63,384 nucleotides of DNA, filler included, from Octopus bimaculoides (GCF_001194135.2; 8 parts of 7 records of this genome joined end to end with filler, not necessarily neighbours in it), one strand, 5' to 3'; numbered from the whole stretch's first letter, positions 1 to 11,969 are shown. A program made the numbers and translations. The notes: a model not told the origin generated them from the letters alone.

Positions 1-11
1 CTCACACACTT

Positions 12-210
12 GGAACTTTCCAGGAAGACCATCCAATTCTTGGAACTTTCACCCTCGGAAAGTTCCTCCCTTTTCTAGGAAGTCCGTCCAATCCTCGGAA
101 CTTTCCAGGAAATCCATCCAATCATCGGAGTTTTCCAGGAGGTACTAGCCCCACCCCGAAAGTTTCCAAGAAGTTGTCCACCCCTCGGAACTTTCCAGGA
201 AGCCGTCCAA
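12..210. repeat. ~30-bp minisatellite (GGAACTTTCCAGGAAGTCCATCCAATCCTC-like), about 7 degenerate copies
   Basis: Unit starts at 12, 42, 97, 127, ~157 and 187, giving a 30-bp period. Confidence 0.8.
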
Positions 211-259
211 TATATATATATATATATATACTTGTATATATGTATCAAGTCTAGGGACC

Positions 260-772
260 GTGAGGGCCAGTTGACATTGCCTCTTCATTTTAGCATACAT
301 TTGTGGTCAACAATGAACCAGATTATATTCTTTTCTATTCTAGGCACAAGGCCCGAAATTTTGGGGGAGGGGTCCATTCGGTTAGATTGAACCAGTATGC
401 AACTGGTACTTAATTTACAGATTTTTACAATTCCAGTGATGGATTGGATCTGTAGTCTCCGAATTAGTTTTCTCCTTCCTGGTTTTGAGAAACCTAATTT
501 CTCAAGATTGGCATTTAAGCAGTGTGTTACATATCCCAGGGCTCCAGTAATTACAGGTATAAACCTGAACTTGTAATCCGGATAGAGTAACTGCAGATTT
601 CTCAATAGTTCATCATAGGTGTTCTCTTTTTCACTGATCTTCAGCTTTATGTCAACACCCGCTGGGCAGCTAATTTCCTCAACTGTACATAGTTTCTCTT
701 CTCCATCCCAAATCATTATATCAGGTCAGCTGTGCTTACATTTTATTGAGATCTTCACTGGGACATTCCACC
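260..772 (-). mobile_element. R4/Dong-type non-LTR retrotransposon 3' fragment (restriction-like endonuclease C-terminus), degenerate
   Basis: The minus frame reads WNVPVKISIKCKHS*PDIMIWD...EEISCP...EKENTY..L...FIPVITGALG, matching the PD..(D/E)..K and IPxxxGALG motifs of RLE LINEs (ORF 285..716). Confidence 0.75.
335..420 (-). mobile_element. 3' part of tRNA-derived SINE family B inserted in the LINE fragment
   Basis: Reverse complement of TAAATTAAGTACCAG...CCCCAAAATTTCGGGCCTTGTGCC, the tail seen in copies at 5.3-6.0, 55.4 and 58.3-59.0 kb. Confidence 0.7.
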
Positions 773-957
773 TGTGCGTGTGCGCGTGTATGTATGTATG
801 TGTGTGGGTGTGCATGTATGTATGGGTGTGTAAGTATGTATATATGTATATATATGTGTGTGTATGCATGTATGAATGTGTTTATGCATGTAAGTGTGTC
901 TGTATGTATGTGTGCGTATGTATGTATGTGTGCGTATGTATGTATGTATGTATGCAT
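773..957. repeat. (TG)n/(TATG)n compound microsatellite
   Basis: Direct inspection; representative of dozens of similar tracts (e.g. 2157-2480, 13600-14060, 29550-30900, 33100-33650, 37600-37920, 51490-51840). Confidence 0.95.
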
Positions 958-1141
958 GATTCGTTCCCTTGTAAGGAGATCTGGAGAATAAGAGAAACTC
1001 CTGCAGAAGAGACAAACAATATCTTGTTTTATAAGTTGACTTCTTACAAACAATAAATAATCAACTGCTAATTTCAAGTAGACAGACCTTATCAACTGAT
1101 AGCATTCCATATACCTAATTAGACATGCCTGGAGATAAAAA

Positions 1142-1175
<34 letters not shown>

Positions 1176-2352
1176 NNNNNNNNNNNNNNNNNNNNNNNNN
1201 NNNNNNNNNNNNNNNNNNNNNNNNNNNNNNNNNNNNNNNNNNNNNNNNNNNNNNNNNNNNNNNNNNNNNNNNNNNNNNNNNNNNNNNNNNNNNNNNNNNN
1301 NNNNNNNNNNNNNNNNNNNNNNNNNNNNNNNNNNNNNNNNNNNNNNNNNNNNNNNNNNNNNNNNNNNNNNNNNNNNNNNNNNNNNNNNNNNNNNNNNNNN
1401 NNNNNNNNNNNNNNNNNNNNNNNNNNNNNNNNNNNNNNNNNNNNNNNNNNNNNNNNNNNNNNNNNNNNNNNNNNNNNNNNNNNNNNNNNNNNNNNNNNNN
1501 NNNNNNNNNNNNNNNNNNNNNNNNNNNNNNNNNNNNNNNNNNNNNNNNNNNNNNNNNNNNNNNNNNNNNNNNNNNNNNNNNNNNNNNNNNNNNNNNNNNN
1601 NNNNNNNNNNNNNNNNNNNNNNNNNNNNNNNNNNNNNNNNNNNNNNNNNNNNNNNNNNNNNNNNNNNNNNNNNNNNNNNNNNNNNNNNNNNNNNNNNNNN
1701 NNNNNNNNNNNNNNNNNNNNNNNNNNNNNNNNNNNNNNNNNNNNNNNNNNNNNNNNNNNNNNNNNNNNNNNNNNNNNNNNNNNNNNNNNNNNNNNNNNNN
1801 NNNNNNNNNNNNNNNNNNNNNNNNNNNNNNNNNNNNNNNNNNNNNNNNNNNNNNNNNNNNNNNNNNNNNNNNNNNNNNNNNNNNNNNNNNNNNNNNNNNN
1901 NNNNNNNNNNNNNNNNNNNNNNNNNNNNNNNNNNNNNNNNNNNNNNNNNNNNNNNNNNNNNNNNNNNNNNNNNNNNNNNNNNNNNNNNNNNNNNNNNNNN
2001 NNNNNNNNNNNNNNNNNNNNNNNNNNNNNNNNNNNNNNNNNNNNNNNNNNNNNNNNNNNNNNNNNNNNNNNNNNNNNNNNNNNNNNNNNNNNNNNNNNNN
2101 NNNNNNNNNNNNNNNNNNNNNNNNNNNNNNCTGTATCGCTTTAAGTATAGTCATATGCATGTATGTATGTACGTATGTATGTATGTATGTATGTATGTAT
2201 GTATGTATGTATGTATGTATGCATGTATGTATATACTTATATACGCACACACGCACACATATATACATATATACATATTCAATATAAAGTATAAGAAAAA
2301 TTACCCATGTATTTGTATATATATACTGGTATTTGTGTATATACACTCTGTG

Positions 2353-2450
<98 letters not shown>

Positions 2451-4022
2451 GCACACACACACACACACACACACATATATAGCAATAATAAATTTCTGAG
2501 CGAGGTGTAAACAGTAGCAGCACAACATCGTGAAGTATATTTGCCCCCTAAATGTGGCTGACCCATATAGGACGATGCTACTCTAGATTATAGCCCCAGG
2601 AAGACATCTCCTCCAGCTAGCCAACGACACACTGTCTGTGCCCGATCAGTATTTGCGAAGGGAAGCACTTTCGCAAATACATCTTTCTATGCGATGTCCT
2701 AGAATGGATGCCATACTTTAACCAGTAGAGGAGGAAAGGAATATTTTGAAGTAGTCTAAATACTCTTAAAGCATACTTAAAACACTGACTATAAAAATTA
2801 CTTAACAGGAGTTATGTTTATATAACTACAACTAAATTTATTCACATAAAGATATTCATCGCTAAAACAGTGGAAAATATTAGCGTTACTTCCCTTGGAA
2901 TAGCATGTAAGGGAGATAAATAATAGACATGTAAAGTCATCTCCCTTTGACTATAAAAATTACTTAACATCCTCTAAAATAGTATTTAGTGTTTTTTACA
3001 TATATATTTCTGTTAGAACTTTTCGAAAAAACATGTATGTATGTTATCAGTCAGTTTCATTTCTGTATTTCTTGTCCATAGAGAAAGAGCCGGACTCTAA
3101 CATAGATTCAAGGCTCCTTCATTGGGACTTTTATCAACATCATCTAGGTATTTGTGCATATGTGTGTGTGCAGTATTTGGGAGTTAGTGTGTGCGCAGAT
3201 TTGTATGTTTGTTTTATGGATGCGTTTTTATGTCTAGATGCATTCATATGTATGTATGTATGTATGTACGTATGTATGCATGTATGTATGTATGTATGTA
3301 TGCATGNNNNNNNNNNNNNNNNNNNNNNNNNNNNNNNNNNNNNNNNNNNNNNNNNNNNNNNNNNNNNNNNNNNNNNNNNNNNNNNNNNNNNNNNNNNNNN
3401 NNNNNNNNNNNNNNNNNNNNNNNNNNNNNNNNNNNNNNNNNNNNNNNNNNNNNNNNNNNNNNNNNNNNNNNNNNNNNNNNNNNNNNNNNNNNNNNNNNNN
3501 NNNNNNNNNNNNNNNNNNNNNNNNNNNNNNNNNNNNNNNNNNNNNNNNNNNNNNNNNNNNNNNNNNNNNNNNNNNNNNNNNNNNNNNNNNNNNNNNNNNN
3601 NNNNNNNNNNNNNNNNNNNNNNNNNNNNNNNNNNNNNNNNNNNNNNNNNNNNNNNNNNNNNNNNNNNNNNNNNNNNNNNNNNNNNNNNNNNNNNNNNNNN
3701 NNNNNNNNNNNNNNNNNNNNNNNNNNNNNNNNNNNNNNNNNNNNNNNNNNNNNNNNNNNNNNNNNNNNNNNNNNNNNNNNNNNNNNNNNNNNNNNNNNNN
3801 NNNNNNNNNNNNNNNNNNNNNNNNNNNNNNNNNNNNNNNNNNNNNNNNNNNNNNNNNNNNNNNNNNNNNNNNNNNNNNNNNNNNNNNNNNNNNNNNNNNN
3901 NNNNNNNNNNNNNNNNNNNNNNNNNNNNNNNNNNNNNNNNNNNNNNNNNNNNNNNNNNNNNNNNNNNNNNNNNNNNNNNNNNNNNNNNNNNNNNNNNNNN
4001 NNNNNNNNNNNNNNNNNNNNNN

Positions 4023-4056
<34 letters not shown>

Positions 4057-4844
4057 TGTGTGTCTGTGTGGTTACGCGCGCTCATGTGTAAAACGAAAGG
4101 GCGATCCTCCCCATTCCGCCTATGATCTTTTTTCCAATGCTATCAATCTTTTCGTAGCGTTACATAGAGATTGCTTCTGGAGCTAATAGCGCAATTATCT
4201 CACTCCTCAAGGAGGTCGATCTATGATAAAATTTGCATCCAGCAACACTAAATGCAATGCAATATACAATATCTGTACAATATGTATATATCTTTTAATG
4301 GTTAATGGGTAAACCACCAAAAATAAGGTGATGTGCTCTCCATAAGTAGACACAGTTCTCCAAGTACAACGGTATCGTCTCCCACGTAAGTAGACACGGC
4401 ATGTTGGTGAGATCGTCCACTTTTATAGACACGGCTTGCCACTGAGCGCTCCTAAGTTTCACATCAGAATCTGAAGTGCGGCAACATGACAGAGTGATAA
4501 GGTGAGTCGCCCTTGGAGGACTCCGAATGGAACTTGGAATGTTTCTGATAGGCGACCGTTTAATCTGCCCACCGGTTAGATACCAGTGTGCATGGAACGG
4601 ATACAGATACCTGGAAACGTGACAGAAACTAGCTGTGTCTATAAGGAGCCGCTAGATGGCGATAGACAATCACAATTTTAAATGAATCCCAGTTGACAGG
4701 ATTTTTGACCACATTTATTGTGGATCTTTCCTACGATGTATTACAAGCGGTTGCGTTTGATCTAGACAGTTTTACGGGGATATGCGTGGCATTAACATGC
4801 ACAACAATCCAACAGTGGTGGTGGTCACCATGGTCGTGGTCGCG

Positions 4845-4889
<45 letters not shown>

Positions 4890-4933
4890 NNNNNNNNNNN
4901 NNNNNNNNNNNNNNNNNNNNNNNNNNNNNNNNN

Positions 4934-4945
4934 TTAATTAATTAA
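4934..4945. other. Assembly linker TTAATTAATTAA inside an N gap (also 13468, 18221, 34358, 42619, 48281, 57907)
   Basis: The identical 12-mer is centred in seven ~100-bp N gaps. Confidence 0.9.
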
Positions 4946-4990
4946 NNNNNNNNNNNNNNNNNNNNNNNNNNNNNNNNNNNNNNNNNNNNG

Positions 4991-5232
4991 CAGTACCCAG
5001 TAGTGCAATTTTCGGTATGTTATATATATTTGTAAGTCCTGGTGTTTTTGTTATGTATTTGTCTGAATATTTTTTTATTATACCTAAGGCACCTACTATG
5101 ATAGGAATTGTTTCTGTTTTTAGATTCCACATTCGAGTTATCTCTATTTCCAGGTCTTTGTATTTTGAAAGTTTTTCCATTTCTTTTAGAGAAACGTTGT
5201 CATCTGCTGATATTGAAACATCAATTAGAAGG

Positions 5233-5235
<3 letters not shown>
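4991..5235 (-). mobile_element. R4/Dong-type LINE 3' fragment (RLE C-terminus)
   Basis: ORF 4938..5180 EKLSKYKDLEIEITRMWNLKTETIPIIVGALG...KIALLGT is typical of the R4/Dong C-terminus, and it abuts (TTA)n. Confidence 0.8.
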
Positions 5236-5293
<58 letters not shown>

Positions 5294-5294
<1 letters not shown>

Positions 5295-6035
5295 GCACGC
5301 CGGGCGAAATGCTTAACGACATTTCGTCTGCTGCTACCTTCTTAGTTCAAATTCCGCCGAGATCGACTATGCCTTTCATCCTTTCGGGGTCGATAAATTA
5401 AGTACCAGTTACGTACTGGGGCTGATATAATCAACTAGTCCCCTCCTTCAAAATTTCAGGCTTTGTGCCCACAGCAGAAAGGATTGTTATTAAGGCAGCG
5501 AGATGGCAGAATCGTTAGCACGCTGGAAGGAATGCATAGCGGTATTTCACCCGTTACTACGTTCTGAGTTCAAATTCCGCCGAAGTCGACTTTACCTTTC
5601 ATCCGATAAATTATGTACCAGTGAAACACTGAGATCGATATAATCGACTAGTCCCCTTCCTCGAAATTTCAGGTCTTATGCCTGTAGTACAGGGTGTCCA
5701 CAAAGTCTGGGTACATGGGGATTAACACATACTTTAAAAAATTATTATTTCTTATATTTAATTGTTTATGTTATGAATTTATTTACTCCGTGTACCCAAA
5801 CCTTGTGGACACCCCGTAAAAAGGATTACGATTATTAAGTACACCGGAGAAAATACTAAGCAGTATTTCGTTCGTCTTCACGTTCTGAGTTCAAATTCCG
5901 CCTTGGCCGATTTTACCTTTTATCTTTTCGGAGTCGATGAAAAATGTGTCAGTTGAATATTGAGGTTGATGTTATAGACTTGTCCCCTCCTCCAAAATTT
6001 CAGACCTTGTATCTATTGTAGAAAGGATTATTATT
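5294..6035 (+). mobile_element. Three head-to-tail copies of tRNA-derived SINE family B separated by short (TTA)n tails
   Basis: Repeated A-box (TGGCAGAATCGTTAG), B-box (GAGTTCAAATTCC) and tail (AATTTCAGG..TTGT...GAAAGGATT) at ~5294, ~5491 and ~5840. Confidence 0.8.
5690..5816. mobile_element. 127-bp Tc1/mariner-type MITE
   Basis: TIRs CAGGGTGTCCACAAAGTCTGGGTACA / TGTACCCAAACCTTGTGGACACCCCG (3 mismatches), flanked by TA on both sides and inserted in a SINE tail. Confidence 0.8.
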
Positions 6036-7470
6036 ATGATTGTTAATGCTGTTGTTTGTAATGAACAGATATGCTTAATACAACTTCGAAGCAGAGTCCA
6101 ATTTAATACGTTTAACTTATTATAAAGGAATTATTTTGTCTTAATTTGCTCACAAAAGTCCTTTACGCGGCCGTCCGAAGATGGTGGCTGTAGAGAAAAT
6201 TGTTTGTCGTAGACCATTTTTTAATGTTTTGTAAATAGTGTCTATTTAAAAAAAATTTAATATGGCTTTCTTTGGACGAGAATTAGGAGTTGCAGTAGCC
6301 ATAAATATATATAGTGACAAATTGCACCCAAATATTTGTTTAAAAAAAAAAAAATAATTGTGTAAAAGGAAAAGAAGCCATTAAAAGTCCTCTAGGAAAA
6401 TATGACAAGCATTCTCAAATGAACCCAAGAATTCTCATTTTATCAATTACCATTATCGAAAACATGAGCAATTCAAGGTTCACAAGCATTTTGAGTCAGA
6501 AAGACGTTCACAACACGGGTCAGCATCTGAAAATTTAAAGGGAAAAACTTGGGAGATATATATTACGAGAAAAAGTGAGAAAGGAGGAAATTAACATACT
6601 TGTGTATTTTGAAGAAGGGAGACAACTTTCTTATAGGCTTCAAGTATCAGTTAGATCAGACCCTGCCCTATGGATGGTAAAAAGCATATTCCTTTGATGG
6701 AGACAAGCGTCTGTCTGGTTTTGGGATTCAAGATGAGGTGAAAAAACAGAGGCACTGAAACGGGTGTTGATGTCTATGAAATCAACGCGGTGCTGTGAAT
6801 GTTTTGTAAACGAACATATGCAGCTAATAATGCAAATATTTGAAAAATGAATATCGAATAAAAAGCAAGAAGCCGGAGTCCAATGTATTTATCTCAGAGT
6901 TTATATATCTGCTATATAAATGAGAGCATATGTGGCTATGTGGTTGGCCCAGAAAGGCTCTGAAACGGTAGGTTCTCGAGAAAAATTTATTTGACTTTCG
7001 AAATCTGCATCCCGGAGGTTTTGAAATTTTAAAAATATAACTTGCTAGGAGAAAAAAACTCAACTTTGAGATCGACAAATCTCTCACTCTCTATCTGTCA
7101 AAATCAGGCTCGCTCTCTCTCTTTCTTTCTTTCTTTCTCTGTCAGTCTCTCTGTATATGTATCATCTCTTACGCATGCTGTCTCTCCCTACCCCCTCTCT
7201 TCATATGTTTTCATTTCGTTTTAAACTCCGTCTTGAAATGCTAGCTTCCGATTCTTGTTTTCCGATTGATTAAAATTATCCAACTTTAAACCTCTGTAAC
7301 AGTTTCTATCATTTTGCTGCAATAAATGAATCATAAGATCGGATTCAGCAGGAAAAAGTACATTAATATACCAAATTCGAAAATTTTCAATTAATTTTAA
7401 AATTTCAAAATCTATGATAGCAACAGAAAAGATTTCTGTCTGTCCGTCTGTCTGTCTGCCTGTCTGTCTG

Positions 7471-7559
<89 letters not shown>

Positions 7560-8680
7560 CTCTCTATCTATCTCTCTATCTATCTATCTCTCTCTATCTA
7601 TCTCTTTCATTCTTCGCTTTTTTCATTATAAAATATTCCCCTCTCTATATTTACCACACTCTCTCTCACTTTCTCCATATGTGTAGCGCCAACGCGGAGT
7701 GTGCGTGTGTGTATGTGTGTGTGGTTGTGTGTGATCATGCATGTATGTGTGGTCATGCATATGTAGATAATTTCAAATGGGATATAAAATAGTATATAAA
7801 AGATCATTTATTTAATGAGCATACTTTTCTGTTAGTAAATGTTTTTCTTACATAAACACATACACGCACACACACACACGCACACACATACACACACTAA
7901 AATATGGACGCACTTGGTGTGTGTGTGGGGGGTGATTAAAATATTGAAATTATAAATTTTATTTTTGTTGCTTAAATCCCAGCAATTGACCACGCTTCGG
8001 CTAAACAAAACCATTACTTCCTCATCATTATTCCATAAAATATGCTTATATGGAGAAAAATATTGAAAGTTATCATCAATACATTTCAGAGAGCCAAAGA
8101 AATGGGAAAGGCATGAGGTGGCTGTGGGATGTGCTAGAAACGACAGCTAAATATCCCTTAAGTCATACACATTTTCGTGTGAAAAGTATTTTGAAATTAT
8201 ATGCAGAGACAAACTGCAGATTCCGACTATCCGTTTTTAAAACTATAATTAACGATAAAAAATTCGAAAAAGTACCGAAATTTTAGGATTTATGGTGGGG
8301 CGGGGGTAAAAAAAGAAATATATACAAAAATCAGTTTTGTTTTTAAATTGCGTTTAATTTTCTGTTTGACAATAAAAGAAGGGATCTATTTTAAAACGGG
8401 GGGCCACATTTTTCATTAATGTTTTACGTAGTGTTTTTGGTACGGAAAGACTTTCAAACTTCGTATACTTATCTATTTTGTGTTATAGAACAGAAAAATA
8501 TTTTTGTATTCGAATTTATTTCATGTAAAAAATTGTCTTATTTCGATAATTTCAACCAATCACTGACAAGTATTCAGTTGTTTACATTTACTCCTTTGGC
8601 TGATTAAGCGATGTAAAGCGTATTTAATCTCCATACCTTCGTTTTATTTGCTTTTTTCATTTTAAATTTGCTTTAACCCC

Positions 8681-8716
8681 AACCCTAACCCTAACCCTAG
8701 GGTTAGGGTTAGGGTT
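8681..8716. repeat. Perfect 36-bp palindrome of telomeric hexamers, (AACCCT)3(AGGGTT)3
   Basis: AACCCTAACCCTAACCCTAGGGTTAGGGTTAGGGTT equals its own reverse complement. Confidence 0.95.
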
Positions 8717-9611
8717 AATTGTTTCAGAATCGTTTGTTTATNNNNNNNNNNNNNNNNNNNNNNNNNNNNNNNNNNNNNNNNNNNNNNNNNNNNNNNNNNN
8801 NNNNNNNNNNNNNNNNNNNNNNNNNNNNNNNNNNNNNNNNNNNNNNNNNNNNNNNNNNNNNNNNNNNNNNNNNNNNNNNNNNNNNNNNNNNNNNNNNNNN
8901 NNNNNNNNNNNNNNNNNNNNNNNNNNNNNNNNNNNNNNNNNNNNNNNNNNNNNNNNNNNNNNNNNNNNNNNNNNNNNNNNNNNNNNNNNNNNNNNNNNNN
9001 NNNNNNNNNNNNNNNNNNNNNNNNNNNNNNNNNNNNNNNNNNNNNNNNNNNNNNNNNNNNNNNNNNNNNNNNNNNNNNNNNNNNNNNNNNNNNNNNNNNN
9101 NNNNNNNNNNNNNNNNNNNNNNNNNNNNNNNNNNNNNNNNNNNNNNNNNNNNNNNNNNNNNNNNNNNNNNNNNNNNNNNNNNNNNNNNNNNNNNNNNNNN
9201 NNNNNNNNNNNNNNNNNNNNNNNNNNNNNNNNNNNNNNNNNNNNNNNNNNNNNNNNNNNNNNNNNNNNNNNNNNNNNNNNNNNNNNNNNNNNNNNNNNNN
9301 NNNNNNNNNNNNNNNNNNNNNNNNNNNNNNNNNNNNNNNNNNNNNNNNNGGGAGTACTGTTCCGAAGGCATTCAATTGTGAAAATTGTCCGGCAACAACG
9401 GAGAGTAATGCAATAAAGTTTATTAGCTTACAACTTTTTCTAGTATAAGATGCAGTGAATTCAGAGATCAGTGCATGTGCATCACCTTATAGATTCTTCA
9501 GATTTTCGAACATAAAGTAACAGGTTTATTTCGGTAAACGTTTATATATATCTGGAACAGGTCAATCTCAAAAAAATAAAAATAGAAAATAAATAAATAA
9601 ATGAATAGTAA

Positions 9612-9656
<45 letters not shown>

Positions 9657-9752
9657 TGATGATGATGTATAGAGTTTGAAGAATAAAAGCCATTGCTAGA
9701 AATATATGGAATTAGATAATTTTAGTGTATACATAAGTGCGTGTGTGTATGC

Positions 9753-9818
<66 letters not shown>

Positions 9819-10209
9819 AAATATACACAAACATATATTTACATGCTTACTGACAAGCACACATGAGAGCAGATCTGCTGAAATGTGTTGAGAAACACGG
9901 ACATTTGCATAAAATTGACATATTTATACTCATATATCTCTATTTCTGTATTAGTATTTAATCTTTTGCCTGCCAGTTTATGAAATAAAGTGTCAATTTC
10001 TAGTGGCAGTGGTTTCAAATTAACGCATTATGTATAACATCTTGAAGGGTACGTATATATGTATGTATGTATGTATGCATGCATGTATTTATACATACAG
10101 ACGCACACACATATATATTCTTTTAATTCTTTTGTTTCAGTCATTTCACTGCGGCCATGCAGGAGCAACATATATACATGTATATGCATGTGTGTACACA
10201 AATACATAC

Positions 10210-10264
<55 letters not shown>

Positions 10265-11029
10265 NNNNNNNNNNNNNNNNNNNNNNNNNNNNNNNNNNNN
10301 NNNNNNNNNNNNNNNNNNNNNNNNNNNNNNNNNNNNNNNNNNNNNNNNNNNNNNNNNNNNNNNNNNNNNNNNNNNNNNNNNNNNNNNNNNNNNNNNNNNN
10401 NNNNNNNNNNNNNNNNNNNNNNNNNNNNNNNNNNNNNNNNNNNNNNNNNNNNNNNNNNNNNNNNNNNNNNNNNNNNNNNNNNNNNNNNNNNNNNNNNNNN
10501 NNNNNNNNNNNNNNNNNNNNNNNNNNNNNNNNNNNNNNNNNNNNNNNNNNNNNNNNNNNNNNNNNNNNNNNNNNNNNNNNNNNNNNNNNNNNNNNNNNNN
10601 NNNNNNNNNNNNNNNNNNNNNNNNNNNNNNNNNNNNNNNNNNNNNNNNNNNNNNNNNNNNNNNNNNNNNNNNNNNNNNNNNNNNNNNNNNNNNNNNNNNN
10701 NNNNNNNNNNNNNNNNNNNNNNNNNNNNNNNNNNNNNNNNNNNNNNNNNNNNNNNNNNNNNNNNNNNNNNNNNNNNNNNNNNNNNNNNNNNNNNNNNNNN
10801 NNNNNNNNNNNNNNNNNNNNNNNNNNNNNNNNNNNNNNNNNNNNNNNNNNNNNNNNNNNNNNNNNNNNNNNNNNNNNNNNNNNNNNNNNNNNNNNNNNNN
10901 NNNNNNNNNNNNNNNNNNNNNNNNNNNNNNNNNNNNNNNNNNNNNNNNNNNNNNNNNNNNNNNNNNNNNNNNNNNNNNNNNNNNNNNNNNNNNNNNNNNN
11001 ATATATATTGTTCCTTAGTCGAATGACAC

Positions 11030-11340
11030 CTGTTGTTATGTCCTGTTATTTGTATTTGTGTAACATTTCTCTGTTTTTTTCGTCCTTGTTTTCGTATACA
11101 TTCGCTGCTTTCTTCCCAGGATTGTAACGCTCTTAGCTTATTTTTTCCTTGGGTCTGGCCAGATTGGAGTAATCTCGAGTATTACCTGCAGAAATTACAA
11201 AGATAATCTAGAACTCGACTGAGGATAGAAAACTCCGAATGATCTGTCCTTGTTTTCCTTATATCGTCTGTCTGGATATTTTGTTGTCCCCTTTTTGCTT
11301 CTCATAACTGCCTGGATGTTTTGCGTTCTTGTCCCATTTT
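11030..11340 (+). repeat. Dispersed repeat (possible PLE-type 3' end); related copy at ~36170-36480
   Basis: Shared CGTATACATTCGCT(A)GCTTTCTT at 11093 and 36229, a downstream GACTGA(G/A)GA and a T-rich tail. Confidence 0.4.
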
Positions 11341-11827
11341 TGTATTTATATATATATATCTATATATATATGCATATATTTACACACACATTCAGAAATA
11401 CATACTTATATTGTCAGAAAGTGTAAGAAGGATACTAATCTTCTTCTGGGTCGTGGAAATCGATTCCCCTTTCACCCTGTATTTTTGTCTATGATAAACC
11501 AATATTTGATGTTATTAAGTAAACTGTAGTCAAATTTTGAATGATAAAATGCCTAACAAAATACCTTAAGATATCATACAGTATTCAGTTATGTGTCCTT
11601 ATGGCTTGGGGTTAAATTGCATTAATATCGACTTCTCGATATCAAAAGTATCCAGCTGTTCAAAATTTAATACAGGTAAACCATCGATTTGCCGAAACCT
11701 TTGGTTCCAAAGCGATTCCAGATTACATATTTTTCCACACCTGTGGTAATCAACTTGATTAAAACACCATAGATTAAACAAATATTAAATTGGCTAGATA
11801 ATTAAATGAAATGCGGGTACTACCCTC

Positions 11828-11960
11828 CCCATGGTTCCGGGTTAAGTCCCACTGCATGGTACCTTAATCAAGTGTCTTCCACTATAGCCTCGGGCCGACT
11901 AAAGCTTTGTGAGCGGATTTAATAGAAGGAAACTAAAAGAAGCCCGTCGTATATATATCT
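11828..11960 (+). mobile_element. 5' half of tRNA-derived SINE family A (CORE-SINE-like)
   Basis: CATGGTTCCGGGTTAAGTCCC B-box, then AAGTGTCTTC.ACTATAGCCTCGGGCCGAC...GAAGCCCGTCG. Confidence 0.75.
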
Positions 11961-11969
11961 TTCTTTTTT

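Noticed and set aside
619-4186. YI/CV/HT/LS-repeat and poly-X ORFs here and throughout the window
   Set aside because: Di- and tetranucleotide microsatellites and N runs read through as open frames.
4468-4501. Micro-exon with CAG acceptor and GTGAGT donor
   Set aside because: It has no phase-compatible neighbour that I could support; the nearest candidate upstream exon puts a stop in frame.
4934-4945. TTAATTAATTAA palindrome repeated seven times
   Set aside because: It is always centred in ~100-bp N gaps and places stops in all six frames, so it is an assembly linker rather than biology.
8681-8716. Ancestral telomere-telomere fusion site
   Set aside because: The polarity is CCCTAA then TTAGGG, the reverse of a fusion scar, and there are only three units per side.
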